The position numbers and the translations under genes were made by a program. Below the pieces are notes generated by a model, which worked only from the letters and a program-made list of their open reading frames with translations, ran no database searches and had not been told where the DNA came from. Below, piece after piece: positions 35,401 through 47,300 of a stretch of 64,000 bases of DNA. Origin of the DNA: Microcystis sp. LSC13-02 (lineage in GTDB: Bacteria > Cyanobacteriota > Cyanobacteriia > Cyanobacteriales > Microcystaceae); the NCBI RefSeq assembly GCF_002282935.1, contig NZ_MTBT01000043.1; one strand, 5' to 3'. How positions within the stretch are numbered: position 1 is the stretch's first letter; each line of letters opens with the position of its first letter.

Positions 35401-38141
35401 TCAAGACTCAGTTACATCCTTTTATTAAAGATTTTAAAAAGTTAGCAACGGGAGACATGATCTTTGAAGGCGAGGTGAGTTATCTTAACCCTAGTTATTT
35501 AGAAGAACATCAGGTATTTGATAACATTGTATTTCCAGCTACTGGTTTTATTGAAGCTATTTTAGCCGCAAGTCAGAAAATATTTAATGGGCATTTTGTC
35601 ACCCTTCAAAATGTCTCTATTCATCAGGGATTACTCTTATCTCCAACTCCCTTAATAGTCCAAATAATTTTTAGACCTAAAAAATCATCTCAACTGATTT
35701 ATACTTTTGAGATATTTAGCAGTGATTCTGCACAAGAAAAATGGGTTCTTCATGTTACAGGTGAAGTCAAACCTAAGGATATACAAAGCTTGGATGCCTC
35801 AGAATTAACCCAAACTAAATTAGAAAGAGAAACCCCTAAAGAATCAATTTCTATTCGTGAATTCTATGAACTTTATCAGCAGATGGGGATCAGGTATGGG
35901 GAGCAGTTCCAAGCGATTCAAGAGTTATATTCTTTCAAAAAAGGCTCTCAAGCTAAAATTAGTATTAACCCTAGTTTAGCGGATCGGCGTTATCATTTTC
36001 ATCCAGTTCTTTTGGATGCTTGCTTACAAAGTATTGGGGCAGCTTTCCCCGAAATTCATGGTCAAGAATTGCATCTACCTTATGGATTCTCTTCCTTGGA
36101 AATATTCCTAAATCCAACTTCGCAAGTTTGGACGGAAGTTCAGGTCATCTCAGATACTAATGGTGAAATGAGAGTAAATGTTAATATTTATGATGAACAA
36201 GGACAGCTTTGCGCTCGCTTTACTGACTTAACAGCACGGCGCATAAATCCGGCTATTTTACAGAGTTTATGGCAAGAAAAGTCGAACGATTGCTTTTATA
36301 AAGTGGAATGGAAAAAACTTCCATCAATGCCAACTGTTGCCGTCAATTCTCAAAATTCTTGGTTAGTCTTGGTTCGTCCAGAAACAGACTTAAATTCCCT
36401 AATTAATTTATATAAAAGGGCAGGAGAAAAAGTAATTACTGTAGAAATGGGACAGAATTATCAATGTAATTCTCAAGATTCTTTTGTCATCAATCCGGCT
36501 CAGAAATCTGATTTTCAGCGTCTCTATCAAGAAGCTTATCCATCGGGAGAATTTCCGACTGGCGTTGTTTTTTCTTGGGAATCTTCAGAAGCTGAAGACG
36601 TGCTAGATACAGTATATCAGAGTTCTCATGCCGTCTTAAATTTAGTGCAAACCCTCACTAATAACTGGGAGAAATTACCTCATTTATGGCTGATTACTCG
36701 CGGGGCTAATAAAATTATCAATGATACGGCTTTATATCCTCAACAGTCCCATTTATGGGGATTAGGAGCAGTCATTAATCAAGAGTATCCTAAAATGGGT
36801 TGTGTTTGTTTAGATTTACCAATCCATAAAGAAGCTAATGAAGCTGAACTTTTATTCAATGAATTAAAGTGTTTCCCCCATGAATTCCGTTTGGCTTTAC
36901 GTCAAGGAAACCGCTACGCAGCCAGGTTAGTTTCTGCATCTCTTCCTAGCTCAGAAAAACGACATTTTATTAATCAGTCAGGGGTTTATTTAATCACGGG
37001 AGGGGGAGGAAAACTGGGCGGATTAGTGGCTCAATGGTTATCAGAAATGGGAGCAAGTCACTTAGTTTTGTGTAGTCGCCATGTTAAATCTTCAACAGAA
37101 TTGATAGCCCCATTAGTGGAGAAAGGAACAAAAGTAACCTTGATTGAAGCTGATATTACTTCCCCCACAGATATGAAAAATTTATTCTCTCGTTTTGGGG
37201 CAGACTTGCCCGTCTTACGAGGAATAATTCACGCAGCAGCGGTCTTAGAAGATGGGCTGATCAGTAATCAAAGTTGGCAAAAATATCAAAAGGTAATGAG
37301 TCCAAAAGTAGCAGGAACTCTATTATTAGATCGTTATACTCGCTCTCTATCTTTAGACTTTTTTGTGAGCTTTTCTTCTGCGGCTGTCATCCTTGGTTCA
37401 CCAGGTCAAAGTAATTATGCTGCGGCTAATGCTTTCATGGATGCTCTAATGCAGCAACGGCAAAGTTTAGGATTACCTGGTATTAGTATTAATTGGGGAG
37501 CTTGGGAGACGGGCAACCAAATTGATCAACAACGTTTCGCTAATTGGGGTTTGCAGATGATGCCTTCTGAGCAAGCGTTTCAATATCTCAATCAGGTAAT
37601 TTTAGATGATATTAACCAAGGGATAGTTCTCGATATTAATTGGTCGATTTTTAACCAAACTTTCAATATTAATCAACCCTTCTTTAGCGAGGTATTAACC
37701 CTAAAAAATCAAAAACAAACAAGTCCAGCAAAACTATTAGAACGATTAAAATCTGTCTCTATAGACGAACGAATAAACGCTTTAGTAGAAGGACTGGAGA
37801 AAATATTAAGAGAAGTGACTGGGTTAAATGGGAACAAAGTTATTCCTCAACAAACATCATTCTTAGACTTAGGTTTAAACTCTCTAATGGTCATAGAATT
37901 TAAAAATCGCTTAGAAACAGATTTAGGGTGTAAATTGCCATCTTCGATCATTTTCGATTATCCTAATCTTCTCAGCTTAAGTACCTACTTACGGGAACAA
38001 ATTCTAGCCAATCATCTCGATTTTGAGATTAAAATAAATCCAATTCCTGACAATCATAGTCCCTATGACAGCCTCAGTGAAGACGAACTGGCAAGATTAC
38101 TTAATCAAAAATTAACGGAGCTTGATCAATATGGAGGTTAA
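26436..38141 (+). CDS. mcyD: Microcystin synthetase McyD (bimodular type I PKS: KS-AT*-DH-CM-KR-ACP-KS-AT-DH-KR-ACP)
   Basis: 3901 aa. Motifs: KS1 (DTACSSSLVAVH, EAHGTGT, NLGHL), a degenerate AT1 (see findings), DH1 (HPLLGDHFPSP), CM (ILEIGGGTGAVT), KR1 (YLITGGTGGLG), ACP1 (LGMDSL), KS2 (DTACSSSLVAIH), AT2 (FSGQGSQ, GHSIGEY, HAFHSPLM), DH2, KR2 (YLITGGGGKLG), ACP2 (LGLNSL). Confidence 0.97.
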   Translation: MDFQDKKNLSENEQSIQTRVFKALSEAKEKLKAFESQQSEPLAIVGLGCRFGHNIATPESFWSFLKAGKNHLREIPNERWNQQDFYDSDRNKVGKIYVSQGGFLDDVSQFDAHFFGIAPKEAVAMDPQQRLLLEVAYEALENAGMATTTARRGKTGVFIGITNNDYARILTSNEDYNAIGAYHISGNHTNAAAGRISYLLNLNGPSLAVDTACSSSLVAVHLACRSLRSQECRQALVGGVNLVLTPEVVIALCRNQMLAADGQCKTFDESADGFGIGEGCGVIVLKRLSDALQDGDHIWAVIRGTAVNNDGASGGFTVPNGPVQRELIREALADARLDAAAIDYVEAHGTGTSLGDPIEIKAIAEALCVNRRKSNPLLVGSLKTNLGHLAAAAGISGLIKTALSLHYREIPAHLNFKKPNPHINWDALPISIVTQNCPWNVNNGKLKAAGVSSFGASGTNAHVILSEPPQPQPQNPKISPILVTFSAKEPERLRLFTTQFVDYLEQKTSLNVKDIALSLNTGRFPHKHRLALLVSNQENLRQGIQAFLKSDGDEKHFQNNSFDIIYGEAQSNPKIAFLCNDEQEISPEIPEIIETLLNNEPVFYDAFRQCDHLFKKYLEFSLQELLSSKKALEPQIPLSVQPLLFAYQYALCELWKSWGISPSAILGSGLGEYLAAQQAGVFSLEDTVKLVAKRAQISPQNPNAEDLLSLLKSTPEVDSNSPDITLIYQGEVVKKSLTNSVNRGERIRQKSDEIAQGISTLHQMGYQIFLEMGISANLINIGRQKLGVNSILWLSSLGEDCHSDQHEQRVLGQLYVRGFNINWEAFHRSHLGQKISLPNSPFIRKRYWINSGNKSESSSYKNPNYYSGHPLLGDHFPSPLALLQYRGNISQHKPAFLREHQVFDQAILPASALIEMALAAGENQKVILENVEFKKALILKDTEDTLQLIIEQKSFKIYHALEPNWEILVTGKIDELKSTNLPHCHLEEIVKKCSEEVDINSFYETYQKSGINYGSNFRLIHQLKRGENTAFAQIKLTDRLEREKYHFHPAMLDACFQGIAAILFKEESSVTYVPVRLGQLAFFHPPDEQVISAVRLKNSSPNPNIIIADIDIYSPQGQPLASLINLELKAVQSQEIIPQEIPPQIYLEEWMPCEELLGNGRDTLVAPQVIKNQIHPAQLEQQLGEKLGQYESLMEALEKLSVVYIWEALTKLNGQPKLGQTYSEAQIANQGQIVDFYRPLLSRCLSILAEEKIVNQTKDGWLFVKELEAPSSPSQIKILRQEFADYPAEISLMERCGSALASVMSRQVEPLELLFPQGDLEAIAAIYSEAAGAKLMNQLVATTISRAIANFPPYYPLRILEIGGGTGAVTAGILPHLPTEHIEYVFTDISSSFLTRAKENFRDYPFIKYQTLDIEKNPFTQDFLPGSFDIIIAANVLHATANLQKTLENVRSLIAPKGRLILLESTGARRWVDLTFGLTEGWWLCSQDLRRNGYPLISTKDWQNLLIENQFEDINIIEPSQAKTRNLLKQSVIISRSSEQLPSLPAKSYYHQIIWADSQGIANGLIPLFQQRGISCSCVFSKDINPEMAEDYLSILRNSITSETRQILYFWGLEKIPGEIDQQVEIHCQRFLFFLQALLQQENPPALILVTQGAVPAKAIKTLTSPSQASLLGIAFSLVLEHPELNFKAIDLDPDEVNSADKLLQEIYSNPQENRVALRGEQRFYPRLVQRKLEDGNINFSPDGYYLITGGTGGLGLATTRWMIEKGARNLVLCSRRGAEGISPEILANLSSSGAEITIKKLDITDAEKLHTVLEECRSKYPVRGVFHIAGTLDDTTLLRLTPERFNYVLAPKVKGTWLLHQLTLNDPLEFFVCYTSAVSLIGSAGQANAAAANAFEDAFIYYRQAHHLPGTVINWGPWSEIGAAVDRNVLERLAAKGYAAMKPDLALNALEKILLNQIIRAGVIKIDWQQFPYIHQNFYKNFLPQGKPQAAPSSEFLKQWQNLTLKERPNWLTNHIIMRVSNVLGHSNDETFSPQQGFFDLGMDSLTSTELRNLLQTDFNCSLPSTITFRFPNVEALANYLQREVLDNSQPVFTPQIKAEISQKQPEKSQLDDDPIVIVGMACRFPGGAKNLQSFWELLEQGKDAITEIPQDRWDQETWYDPNPDVPGKIYAPYGAFLEQIEEFDGEFFGIIPRESVAMDPQQRLLLETTWQALESAGQNPQKLRNSQTGVFIGCMTQDYAQLSYSPQAINAYTGSGTSVSMAAGRLSYVLGLQGPSMTIDTACSSSLVAIHLAYNALLNGECDLALAGGVNIILTPIISLIESRAHMLAPDGHCKTFDESANGMVRGEGCGIVVLKRLSQAVKNGDQILAKIYGTAVNHDGPSSGLTVPNGQAQEKLLYQALKRANLKPEQIDYIEAHGTGTALGDPIELESMSAVFGQRSPNRPLIIGSVKTNLGHLEGAAGIAGLIKTVLALQHHKIPPHLHFKNPNHRFDWSSHIFEVPVQGKPWNISERPRIAGVSSFGFSGTNAHIIVGEIDADLPQPSENNFYLLPLSARSEKSLQELARNYQDILTESINLADVCFTASTGRGIFPQRICILADSITTAQRALIDYQDGENSDSLIRPILSETPPKIAFLFSGQGSQYSGMGETLYNREVVFKETLDLCAQILEPLLEKSLLDLIFQEQNSELLEETQITQPVIFSLEYALAKLWQSWGIQPSALLGHSIGEYVAACWAGVFSLEDALKLVTQRGKLMGKLPHNGSMSAIYADYETVANALTSYENQVNIASANGSITVISGFKEIVEQLEKNFIDQGHKTKRLAVSHAFHSPLMQPILDDFSQVLKTISFHEPSLTIISNLTGKAVGSEITTPDYWVDHLRSTVQFSQGFQSLIDQGYRCFLEVGSKPVLLSMARLISANQDLLWLPSIVPGQDEQAQMYRSLATLFVNGYSVDWTTVFKQGKRIILPTYPFQRERYWLSNSEFSLGQIKTQLHPFIKDFKKLATGDMIFEGEVSYLNPSYLEEHQVFDNIVFPATGFIEAILAASQKIFNGHFVTLQNVSIHQGLLLSPTPLIVQIIFRPKKSSQLIYTFEIFSSDSAQEKWVLHVTGEVKPKDIQSLDASELTQTKLERETPKESISIREFYELYQQMGIRYGEQFQAIQELYSFKKGSQAKISINPSLADRRYHFHPVLLDACLQSIGAAFPEIHGQELHLPYGFSSLEIFLNPTSQVWTEVQVISDTNGEMRVNVNIYDEQGQLCARFTDLTARRINPAILQSLWQEKSNDCFYKVEWKKLPSMPTVAVNSQNSWLVLVRPETDLNSLINLYKRAGEKVITVEMGQNYQCNSQDSFVINPAQKSDFQRLYQEAYPSGEFPTGVVFSWESSEAEDVLDTVYQSSHAVLNLVQTLTNNWEKLPHLWLITRGANKIINDTALYPQQSHLWGLGAVINQEYPKMGCVCLDLPIHKEANEAELLFNELKCFPHEFRLALRQGNRYAARLVSASLPSSEKRHFINQSGVYLITGGGGKLGGLVAQWLSEMGASHLVLCSRHVKSSTELIAPLVEKGTKVTLIEADITSPTDMKNLFSRFGADLPVLRGIIHAAAVLEDGLISNQSWQKYQKVMSPKVAGTLLLDRYTRSLSLDFFVSFSSAAVILGSPGQSNYAAANAFMDALMQQRQSLGLPGISINWGAWETGNQIDQQRFANWGLQMMPSEQAFQYLNQVILDDINQGIVLDINWSIFNQTFNINQPFFSEVLTLKNQKQTSPAKLLERLKSVSIDERINALVEGLEKILREVTGLNGNKVIPQQTSFLDLGLNSLMVIEFKNRLETDLGCKLPSSIIFDYPNLLSLSTYLREQILANHLDFEIKINPIPDNHSPYDSLSEDELARLLNQKLTELDQYGG
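30399..30406. repeat. HIP1 octamer GCGATCGC
   Basis: Exact match read from the sequence. Confidence 0.95.
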
Positions 38142-38305
38142 ATTTTAAAAATAATGTTTCAAAAGGCATCAGATGTGGTAGGCTAAGTAGATGAACATGA
38201 GTAAGCTTAACTCTGTGGGGTTAAACTTTTGTTTATATTCACTGATAGCAGCATCTTAATTTATGTTTAACGGCGGATAAACTTAGAAATTATAGAGAAT
38301 GGGGC

Positions 38306-41300
38306 ATGGTTGAGAGTATAGATTACAAAAAATTAATGGCAACGACCTTAAGTAAAATGGAGGTAATGCAGGCTCGTATCAATGAATTAGAGACGAGACA
38401 AAGTGAATCCATTGCGGTGGTCGGAATGGCCTGTCGTTTTCCGGGAGGTATTAATTCCCCAGAAAAGTATTGGAGTTTTTGTCAAGCTGGACTTGATGCA
38501 ATAGTAGAAGTTCCTAAAAGCCGTTGGGATATATCAAAACTGTATTCTCAAGAACCAACTTTAGGAAAAATGAACACCGCTTATGGGGGATTTCTTCAAG
38601 AGAATATCACAGAATTTGATGCCCGTTTCTTTTCGATCTCAGCAAGAGAAGCCGCCTCCATGGATCCTCAACAAAGGTTACTCTTAGAAGTTGCTTGGGA
38701 AGCCTTAGAAAATGCCAATTTACCTCTGAAAAATTTAGCCGATAATAAGGTAGGGGTATTTGTGGGGATTACTAGCATTGACCATGCCCTGAAGGTTTAC
38801 GGCACAAACTATGATCAAATTGACTCTTTTTTTGGCACCGGCAATGCTCTAAGCGCAGCCGCTGGCAGGCTATCTTATTTTCTCAATCTTCACGGTCCTT
38901 GTCTCTCGATTGATGCAGCCTGTGCCTCCTCATTAGTAGCCGTCCATCAGGGGATTCGTAGCCTGAGAAATCGTGAATGTGAACTCGCTTTAGTGGGTGG
39001 GGTAAACCTCATTTTAGAACCCGCAATTACGATTACTCTTTCTCAGTCGGGAATGATGTCCCCCGATGGGCGTTGCAAGACTTTTGATGCCTCTGCAAAT
39101 GGATATGTGCGAGGGGAAGGCTGTGGGGTTTTAATTTTAAAAACTTTATCAGAAGCCCAGAAAAACGGGGATCAAATTCTTGCCCTGTTGCGAGGTTCGG
39201 CAGTGAATCATAATGGCGCTGCTGCAGGTTTAACCGTACCCAGTGGACCCGCCCAGCAAGAATTGCTCCGTCAAGCTCTAGCTAATGCCAGAATAGTCCC
39301 TGAAGATGTCAGCTACATAGAAGCTCATGGCACAGGTACTTCTTTAGGAGATCCCATCGAATTGAATGCCATTGCCTCAGTTTATGGAAAGCGCTCCGAC
39401 CCTCTTTATGTCGCCTCAGTGAAAACCAATATCGGCCACCTTGAAGCCGCTGCTGGCATGGCGGGAATAATTAAAACAATTCTGATTCTTCAACAGGGTA
39501 AAATCCCTCCCCATCTTCATTTCCAAAGCCCTAATCCTCTGGTTGATTGGGAAGACCATCCTATTAAAATTCCTACTCAAAATATACCTTGGCCGAATAA
39601 CAATAAAGTACCCATAGCTGGGGTAAGTTCTTTCGGGTTTTCTGGCACAAATGCCCATGTCATTGTTCAACAAGCACCCGTCAGCAAAATCTCAGAAATT
39701 CAACAACAAATTCCTAGTCATCTCTTAACTCTTTCAGCCCACAACACAACCGCTTTAAAAGAATTAGCTAAACGTTTTCATACCCTCCTAGAATCTCATC
39801 CTGAAATTGGAGATATTTGTTATAGTGCAGCTGTCGGAAGGATAGATTTACCTGAACGTTTAGCCATTGTTGGCGATACTTGTCCAGAATTACAACAAAG
39901 ATTAGCCGCTTTTGCTGAAGAAAACCCACTTGATGATTTGACTTTTTATCAACGTTTTACATCAGAAAAATCCCCTAAAATTGTTTTTCTTTTTACAGGG
40001 CAAGGGGCTTGTTATCCCGGCATGGGGCATCAACTCTATCAAACTCAGCCAACATTTCGTCAATATATTGATCAATGTGCCGAAATATTAGCGAAGTATT
40101 TAGACCATCCTTTAACTGAAATATTATTTGGTGAACAGACCGATTTACTCAATCAAACCGCTTACGCTCAACCGGCTATATTCGCCCTAGAATATTCCCT
40201 AACAATGCTATGGAAATCTTGGGGAATTACCCCCAGTTTACTGATTGGCCATAGTGTGGGAGAATATGTAGCAGCTTGTATCGCAGGAGTATTTAGCTTA
40301 GAAGCTGGACTCGCCTTAATTGTCAAACGGGGGCAATTAATGCAAACCACAACCTCCGGGAAAATGGCTTCAATTTTTGCTGATGAAGAGACAGTAAGTT
40401 CCCTAATTAAAAATTATAATGAAACGGTTTCAATAGCTGCCATTAATCACCCTCAACAGATTGTTATTGCTGGAGAAAGTGCCAGCCTTGAGGAAGTTAT
40501 TAGCACCTGCAAAAAGCAAAAAATTCCCGCTCAATATCTCCCCGTTACTCAGGCTTTTCATTCCCCTTTAATGGAGCCAATTTTAAAAGAATTTGAAAAA
40601 GAGGCTCGTCAAATTTCTTATCAACGACCCCAAATTCTCTTACTTTCAGGACTTGATGGAGAGGTTTTAGAAAATGCACCAGATGCCACTTATTGGAGCA
40701 AACAATGCCGAGAACCAGTAAGATTTTTGTCGAGTTTGATAACCGCTTTCAACAAGGGATATAACCTATTTTTAGAAGTGGGACCAAGACCAATACTGGC
40801 AGAACAAGGTCGTCGTTATAAAGATGAGGTCATCTGGTTAAGTTCTCTCAATCGTGGCTTAGATAACTGGCAGACAATTCTTTCAGCCTTGGGACAACTC
40901 TACCTCAATGGCCTGCCTTTCAACCCAGAACAATTCAATCAGAATTATGGCTATAAAAAAGTCAGATTGCCGAACTATCCCTTTCAAAGAAAACCTTTCC
41001 AATTTCAGCCTAATCCTCGAACAGAAAATCAGAGCATTGACAAAATATTCCTAGACTCACAAACTTCTAACCTTACCGAAACCACAGTTTTTAATATGCA
41101 AAAGCATCAACAGGAAATCCGTAATCAATTAAAATCAATTCTGGCTTTACTTCTGAAAGAAGATGAGAACGATCTGCCGGAGGATGAGACATTACTAAAC
41201 TTAGGAGCAGACTCAATTATCTTGACTGACTTTTCTCGCAAAATTGAAGAAAAATTTCAAGTCAAAGTGAAAATAGATCAACTCTTTACCGATTTACAAA

Positions 41301-44300
41301 CTCTTGTTGATATCTCCGAATACCTCTGCCAATTTGTAAAAGAAAAACCCTTAGAAAATACTTCAGAAATAACAACTAAAGTTATCGATGACGAGACAGA
41401 ATTAAGCAATTATCTGCAAGTCATTAATCAATTGCAACCCATCGCTACAGCCTATATCATCAAGGCTTTAGAGTCCTTAGGGAAAAAACTTAATCAGGGG
41501 GAACAATGGACAATAGAAACCCTAAGACAAACCTTACCTATTGCTCCCAAATATCACATTTTGCTCAATCGTTATTTGCAGGATTTAGAGCAAGCTAATA
41601 TTCTTCAAAATCAAGGGAATGTTTGGACTGTCAAAAACTTGCCTGAGTATTTTTCCCTACCCCAAGCCCTACAAAAGCTAGAAAAAATTTGTCCGTCTGC
41701 AAAACCTGAATTAGAAATGTTGCAACGCTGCGGCGAAAATTTAGCAGAAGTTCTTAAGGGAAATACAGATCCCTTGACATTAATTTTCCCAGAAGGTTCC
41801 GTTGCTCATGCAGAAAGTATCTATGGCAACTCTCCCGTATCTCGATTGATGAATCAACGAGTTGCCCAAGCTATTAACCAGATTTTAAAGAACTTTTCTA
41901 ATAGTGATCGCCCCTATCGAATTCTCGAAATAGGAGGAGGAACTGGTGCCACTTCAGAAGCAATTCTTAACCACTTAAACCTCGATCATGTCACTTATTC
42001 TTTTAGCGAAGTTTCTCCCTTCTTACTGCATCAAGCTAGGCAAAAATTTCAGAAAAAATATAACCTAAACTTTCATCAACTAGACATTGAAAAGTCCCCC
42101 ATTTCTCAGGGGATACCTGCCCATACTTATCATATTGTTGTGGCCGCTAACGTCCTTCATGCAACCCGAAATATTACAGAAACTCTAACCCATATTCGGG
42201 AACTTCTGCGCCCCGGCGGTTACTTAGTTCTCCTCGAAACCGTAGAAAATAACTCATGGCTGAATTTAACCTTTGGATTAACCCCCGGATGGTGGCGCTT
42301 TCAGGATCAACAATTACGCTCAGATACTCCCTTATTAAGGGGTGAAAATTGGTGTTCCGTTTTAAAAAGTTGTGGGTTTGCTACGGCGAATAGTTTCTCT
42401 AAACAAAACAATATTCCCATTAACAATGGACAAGAATTAATTCTTGCTTGTGTGCCAGATGAAACCCTCTCAATTCCTGCAATGCCTAAGCTCACTGTCT
42501 CTGGTGAAAGCTCTGGTAAAGAAGCCTTAATGATGGCTCAATTACAATCTTTAAAAGACCTAAAAGACCTCCATGAAAAAACCATTATCAAGCAATTAGA
42601 AGTTCTTCAAACTGCCCCCGTCTCCCCCAGTATAGCCCCCGAAATATTAACGAATCAGACTCAAATCATTCCTGCCCAAAGCTCTAAAATAGAAACTTAC
42701 CCGCCGGTTTCTCAAGAGAAGCCCAAATCTCCTGAGAAACCTAGTTCTCCCAATTTAAACCCCTTAGCCTTAAAGCTCACTGAGAACAAATCCTTAACCG
42801 AACAACAACAAGCCTTTATTCAAAATTTACAGGGTATTTATAACCAGAAAACCGCCAAATCAAAAGCCTATTCACAAAATAGCCGTAAGACAATGGTAGA
42901 TGTTAAACCGACCATTGACTTCCGCATGGCCTTAAAAGAATTTCAATATCCCATTGTTTCAGAATCCGCTCAAGGGGCTTATTTTAAGGACATTGATGGC
43001 AATAATTACATTGACTTAGCCATGGGGTTTGGGGTTAACTTTTTTGGGCATAGTCCTGATTTTGTCATTGAAGCGGTTCAAGAACAAATAAATCGAGGAA
43101 TAGGTTTAGGAATGCAGTCAAATCTGGCCGCCGAAACCGCCGCTTTAATTAGTGAAATGGGCCGAGTCGAAAGAGTCGCTTTTAGTAATACGGGAACCGA
43201 GGCGATTATGGCGGCTGTTCGCATTGCTCGCTCCCGTACAAAACGTCAAAAAATCGTTATGTTTGCCGGCTCCTATCATGGAACTTTTGACGGCATCTTA
43301 GCACGAGTAGGAGAAGATAAAACCACTGCTCAACCTTTAAGTCTAGGCACCCCTTTAGGAATGGTTGAAGACGTAATAGTCTTGAGTTATGGAGTTGAAG
43401 AAAGCCTCGATATTATTGCTACTCATGCTGATGATTTAGCCGCCGTATTAGTCGAACCAGTTCAAAGTCGCAAACCCGATTTACAGCCTCAAGAATTTCT
43501 GCAAAAACTACGACAAATAACCCACAAAAAAGGAATCACCCTCATTTTTGATGAAATTATTACCGGCTTTCGGATTGCTCCGGGAGGAGCGCAAGAATGG
43601 TTCAATGTTGAAGCCGATATAGTCATTTATGGTAAGGCCATTGGAGGAGGTTTACCAATTAGTATGATCTGCGGTAAAGCAGATTTCTTAGATACCGTTG
43701 ACGGCGGTTTCTGGCAGTACGGAGATGACTCTCATCCCCAAACCGAGTTAACCGCTTTTGGGGGAACTTTTTGTCGTCATCCTTTAGCCCTTGCTGCTTG
43801 TCGTGCTGTGCTGTTACATCTTCGGGAAAACAGTACAACGATTCAAGAAAAAGTGAATCAATTAACTCATCGATTAGCCACCGAAGTCAATCAGTTTTTT
43901 CAAGAAATAGGCATTCCGATTCGGGTTGTTAATTTTGGCTCTTTATTCCGCTTTGAACCTTTTGGAGCTTATAGTATCTTCTTACAACCCATCGAATTAC
44001 CCCTCTTTTATTATCTATTAAATCTCAAAGGGATCTACACATGGGAAAAACGAGTTTGTTTTCTCTCCACCTGCCATACTAATGAAGATATAGACAAAGT
44101 TATAGTAGCTGTCAAAGAAGCGATTACGGAATTGCAGCAAGCCGGTTTTTTTGCTAATGCTAAACGCCCCCAAGTCAAGAAAGAAGAAAAAAAGCCGCTC
44201 TCTGAAGATGAAGATGGTAGGGGACATTTACCATCTTTAAATCAATCCTTTCCCACCAGTGAAGCTCAACGTCAGCTTTGGTTATTAGCTGAATTAGACC

Positions 44301-47300
44301 GTAATGCTTCAGCATCCTATAACGTCACAACATCCCTAGAATTACGAGGTTCTTTAGATGTTTACATTTTAGAAAAAACGATTAATCAAGTTATTAATCG
44401 CCATGAAGCTTTGCGAACCCAAATTATAGAACAAGGAGAATTACAGGAAGTTGTCAATGAAGTTAACATTAAATTAAAACTAATTGATTTGAAGGATGAA
44501 GATAATCCCGAAGCGACGGCCTTAGCGTTACGATCTCAGTTTTCCCAAAAACCCTTTGACTTGTCGATTGCCCCCTTATTTGCTGTGATTTTAATGCGCT
44601 TAAAACCTGGCCATTATCTGCTATCTTTAAAAACTCATCATATTGTGGCAGATGGTTGGTCACTAGGATTAATTTTGCAGGAAATTGGTCAATTTTATTC
44701 ATCCTCAAATAACACAACTAAAGAGGTTCTCAAACCACCGATGCAGTTTCGGCAATATTTAACTTTGCGAGCGCAAGAGACGCAAAGTCCACAAATGTTA
44801 GAGCATCGGGATTTTTGGTTGAAAACCTATCAGGAAGATCTGCCAACCTTTGAGCTTCCCACCGACTTTCCCCGTCCCGCCGTTAAAACCTACACTGGTG
44901 GACAAGAAAGTCAAGTCATTCCTTCTGAAGTTGGGCAAAATTTGCAGAAAGTAGGACGCAAAAATAAAGCTACATTATTTATGACGATGTTCGCCGCTTA
45001 TACTGCTTTTTTGCGTCGAATTTCTGGCCATAAAGATTTAGTCATTGGTATTCCTATTTCTGGGCGACAAATAGAAGGCAGTGACAACTTAGTAGGCTTT
45101 TGTTCTCAATTTTTACCCCTGCGGATACAAGTCGATGCTACCACCTCTTTTATTGAACATTTACAACATACTAAACAAACCCTGATAGACGCTTTTCGCC
45201 ATCAGAGTTATACTTTAGAGGATTTATTAGCAGCTTTACAATTACCTAGAGATTTTTCTCGTTCCCCTCTCATTTCGGTATCTTTTAACATGGATCCTAG
45301 TTTAACTCTGCCTGAGTTTAAAGACTTAAAAGTATCCTTGCCACCGGAACCGATTGGTTACACCCCTTTTGATCTAGGATTTAACTTAATTGAACTTAAT
45401 GATAACCTCATTATTTACTGCAATTACAATACAGAACTCTTTAAAAAAGAGACAATTAAACAATTTATTGAAAGCTTTGAAATTTTGCTGAGGGGAATCA
45501 TTGACGATGCTAATAATCTTCTTTATCAGTTACCTTTATTAACCTCAGTCCAACAAGAGCAGTTACTCAGACAATTAACGGGAAAAACTCGCAAACTCCC
45601 TGAAAAATCCACCATCATTGATGACTTTGTAGCTCAAGTTAAATTAACCCCTAATGCTCCCGCCTTAATTGCGGGAAAAATTAGCCTTAGCTATCAAGAA
45701 TTAAATGAAAAAGTCAATCGTCTTACTCATTATTTACAGCAGGAATATCAGCTAGGTGTAGGAAAAGTGATTGGGGTGATGCTCCAGCGTGATCACAACT
45801 TAATCATCGGGATTCTGGCTACCTTTAAAACTGGAGCGACTTACGTTCCTATAGACTCTCAATATCCTAACAGTCGCATTGAGTTTATTTTAAAAGATAG
45901 TGGCTGTCATGTTTGCCTAACGGAGAGTAATTTTATCTCTAAGTTACCTGAAAAAATAGAGAAAATTTGCTTAGATAAAATCGATCCTATTGTTGAAAAA
46001 TATGACAAAAATGAGCCTAAAATATTCCGCAACTCTAACCAAACCGCCTATATTTTCTACACTTCAGGCTCAACTGGTAATCCTAAAGGAGTCATGGGCC
46101 GTCATATCTCAATTTTGAATGTTATTCAAAGCTTACGACTTACCTTTGATTTAGATAAACATCCTGAATGGCGCTATATTTTCACAGCTGCTGTTACTCA
46201 TGATCCATCTATTCGTAATATTTTTCTCCCCTTAACCATAGGTGCATCCCTATATATGTACGAAATAAAATATATAGGACATTTGGTTTCTTTCTTACAG
46301 GAAAATCAAATTAATGCCCTACACACCACCCCATCTATCTATCGAGAAATCTTCGGGCTACTTGAACCAGAAGAAACTATTTCCAGCTTAAAATATATCT
46401 CGGTAGGAGGGGAAAAATTAGATCGGGAAACTGCCTTAGCTTTACGGAAACGTTTTCCAGCAGAAATTGTTAGCAATGTCTACGGATCTACAGAAACTTG
46501 TGTAGGAGTATCCCAGTATGAAATCACGGAAAACTTAGACAGCGAAATCCCCCTCGGTCAAGTTTTCCATAACAATCGCTTAGGGGTTCTTGATGAATTT
46601 AATAATCCCGTTCCCCTCCATGTAATCGGCGAAATTTGTGTAGAAGGTGCCGCCCTAGCATCGGGTTATCATAACCAACCCGAAATGACTCAAGAAAAAT
46701 TTAAACCTAGCTTTCTTGATGAGACAAAAACTCTCTTTAGAACCGGCGATTTAGGCAAGCAAACTGCTCCCGGTATCATTGAGTTTATAGGACGAAAAGA
46801 TAATCAAGTTAAGGTCAATGGTTATCGAATTGATCCCGGAGAAATTGAATATCAATTGACTCGTTATGCTCCCATTGAAAGAGCGATTGTTTTACCCGTT
46901 CAAGTGAATAATCAAACTCAATTATCTGCTTACTGTCAAACAGAAAAAATTCTGGAAATTGCTGAGATTCGAGAATTTCTTGCCAAATTTTTACCAGTTT
47001 ATATGATTCCGAGTTACTTTATTTTTTTAAAGCAATTCCCCTTAACTCGACATGGGAAACTTGACCTGCACTCCCTGAGAGAACTCAGAGAAACCGGTAA
47101 ATCTCTGGTTAATTCTAATTATGTTGCACCCCGGAATTATTTAGAATCCAATCTCGTTAGCATCTGGGAAAAAATTCTCTCTAAATATCCTATCGGTATT
47201 TTTGATAACTTCTTTGAAATTGGCGGTCATTCTCTACTCTTATCAAGGGTTGTAACCCGGGTTCATAAAGAACTAAATGTATCCGTAAAATTGGCTGACT

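Noticed and set aside
38220-38271. Inverted repeat GTTAAAC ... GTTTAAC in the mcyD-mcyE spacer
   Set aside because: The stem is only 7 bp and AT-rich, with a ~38-nt loop. That is too weak to call a terminator or an operator.
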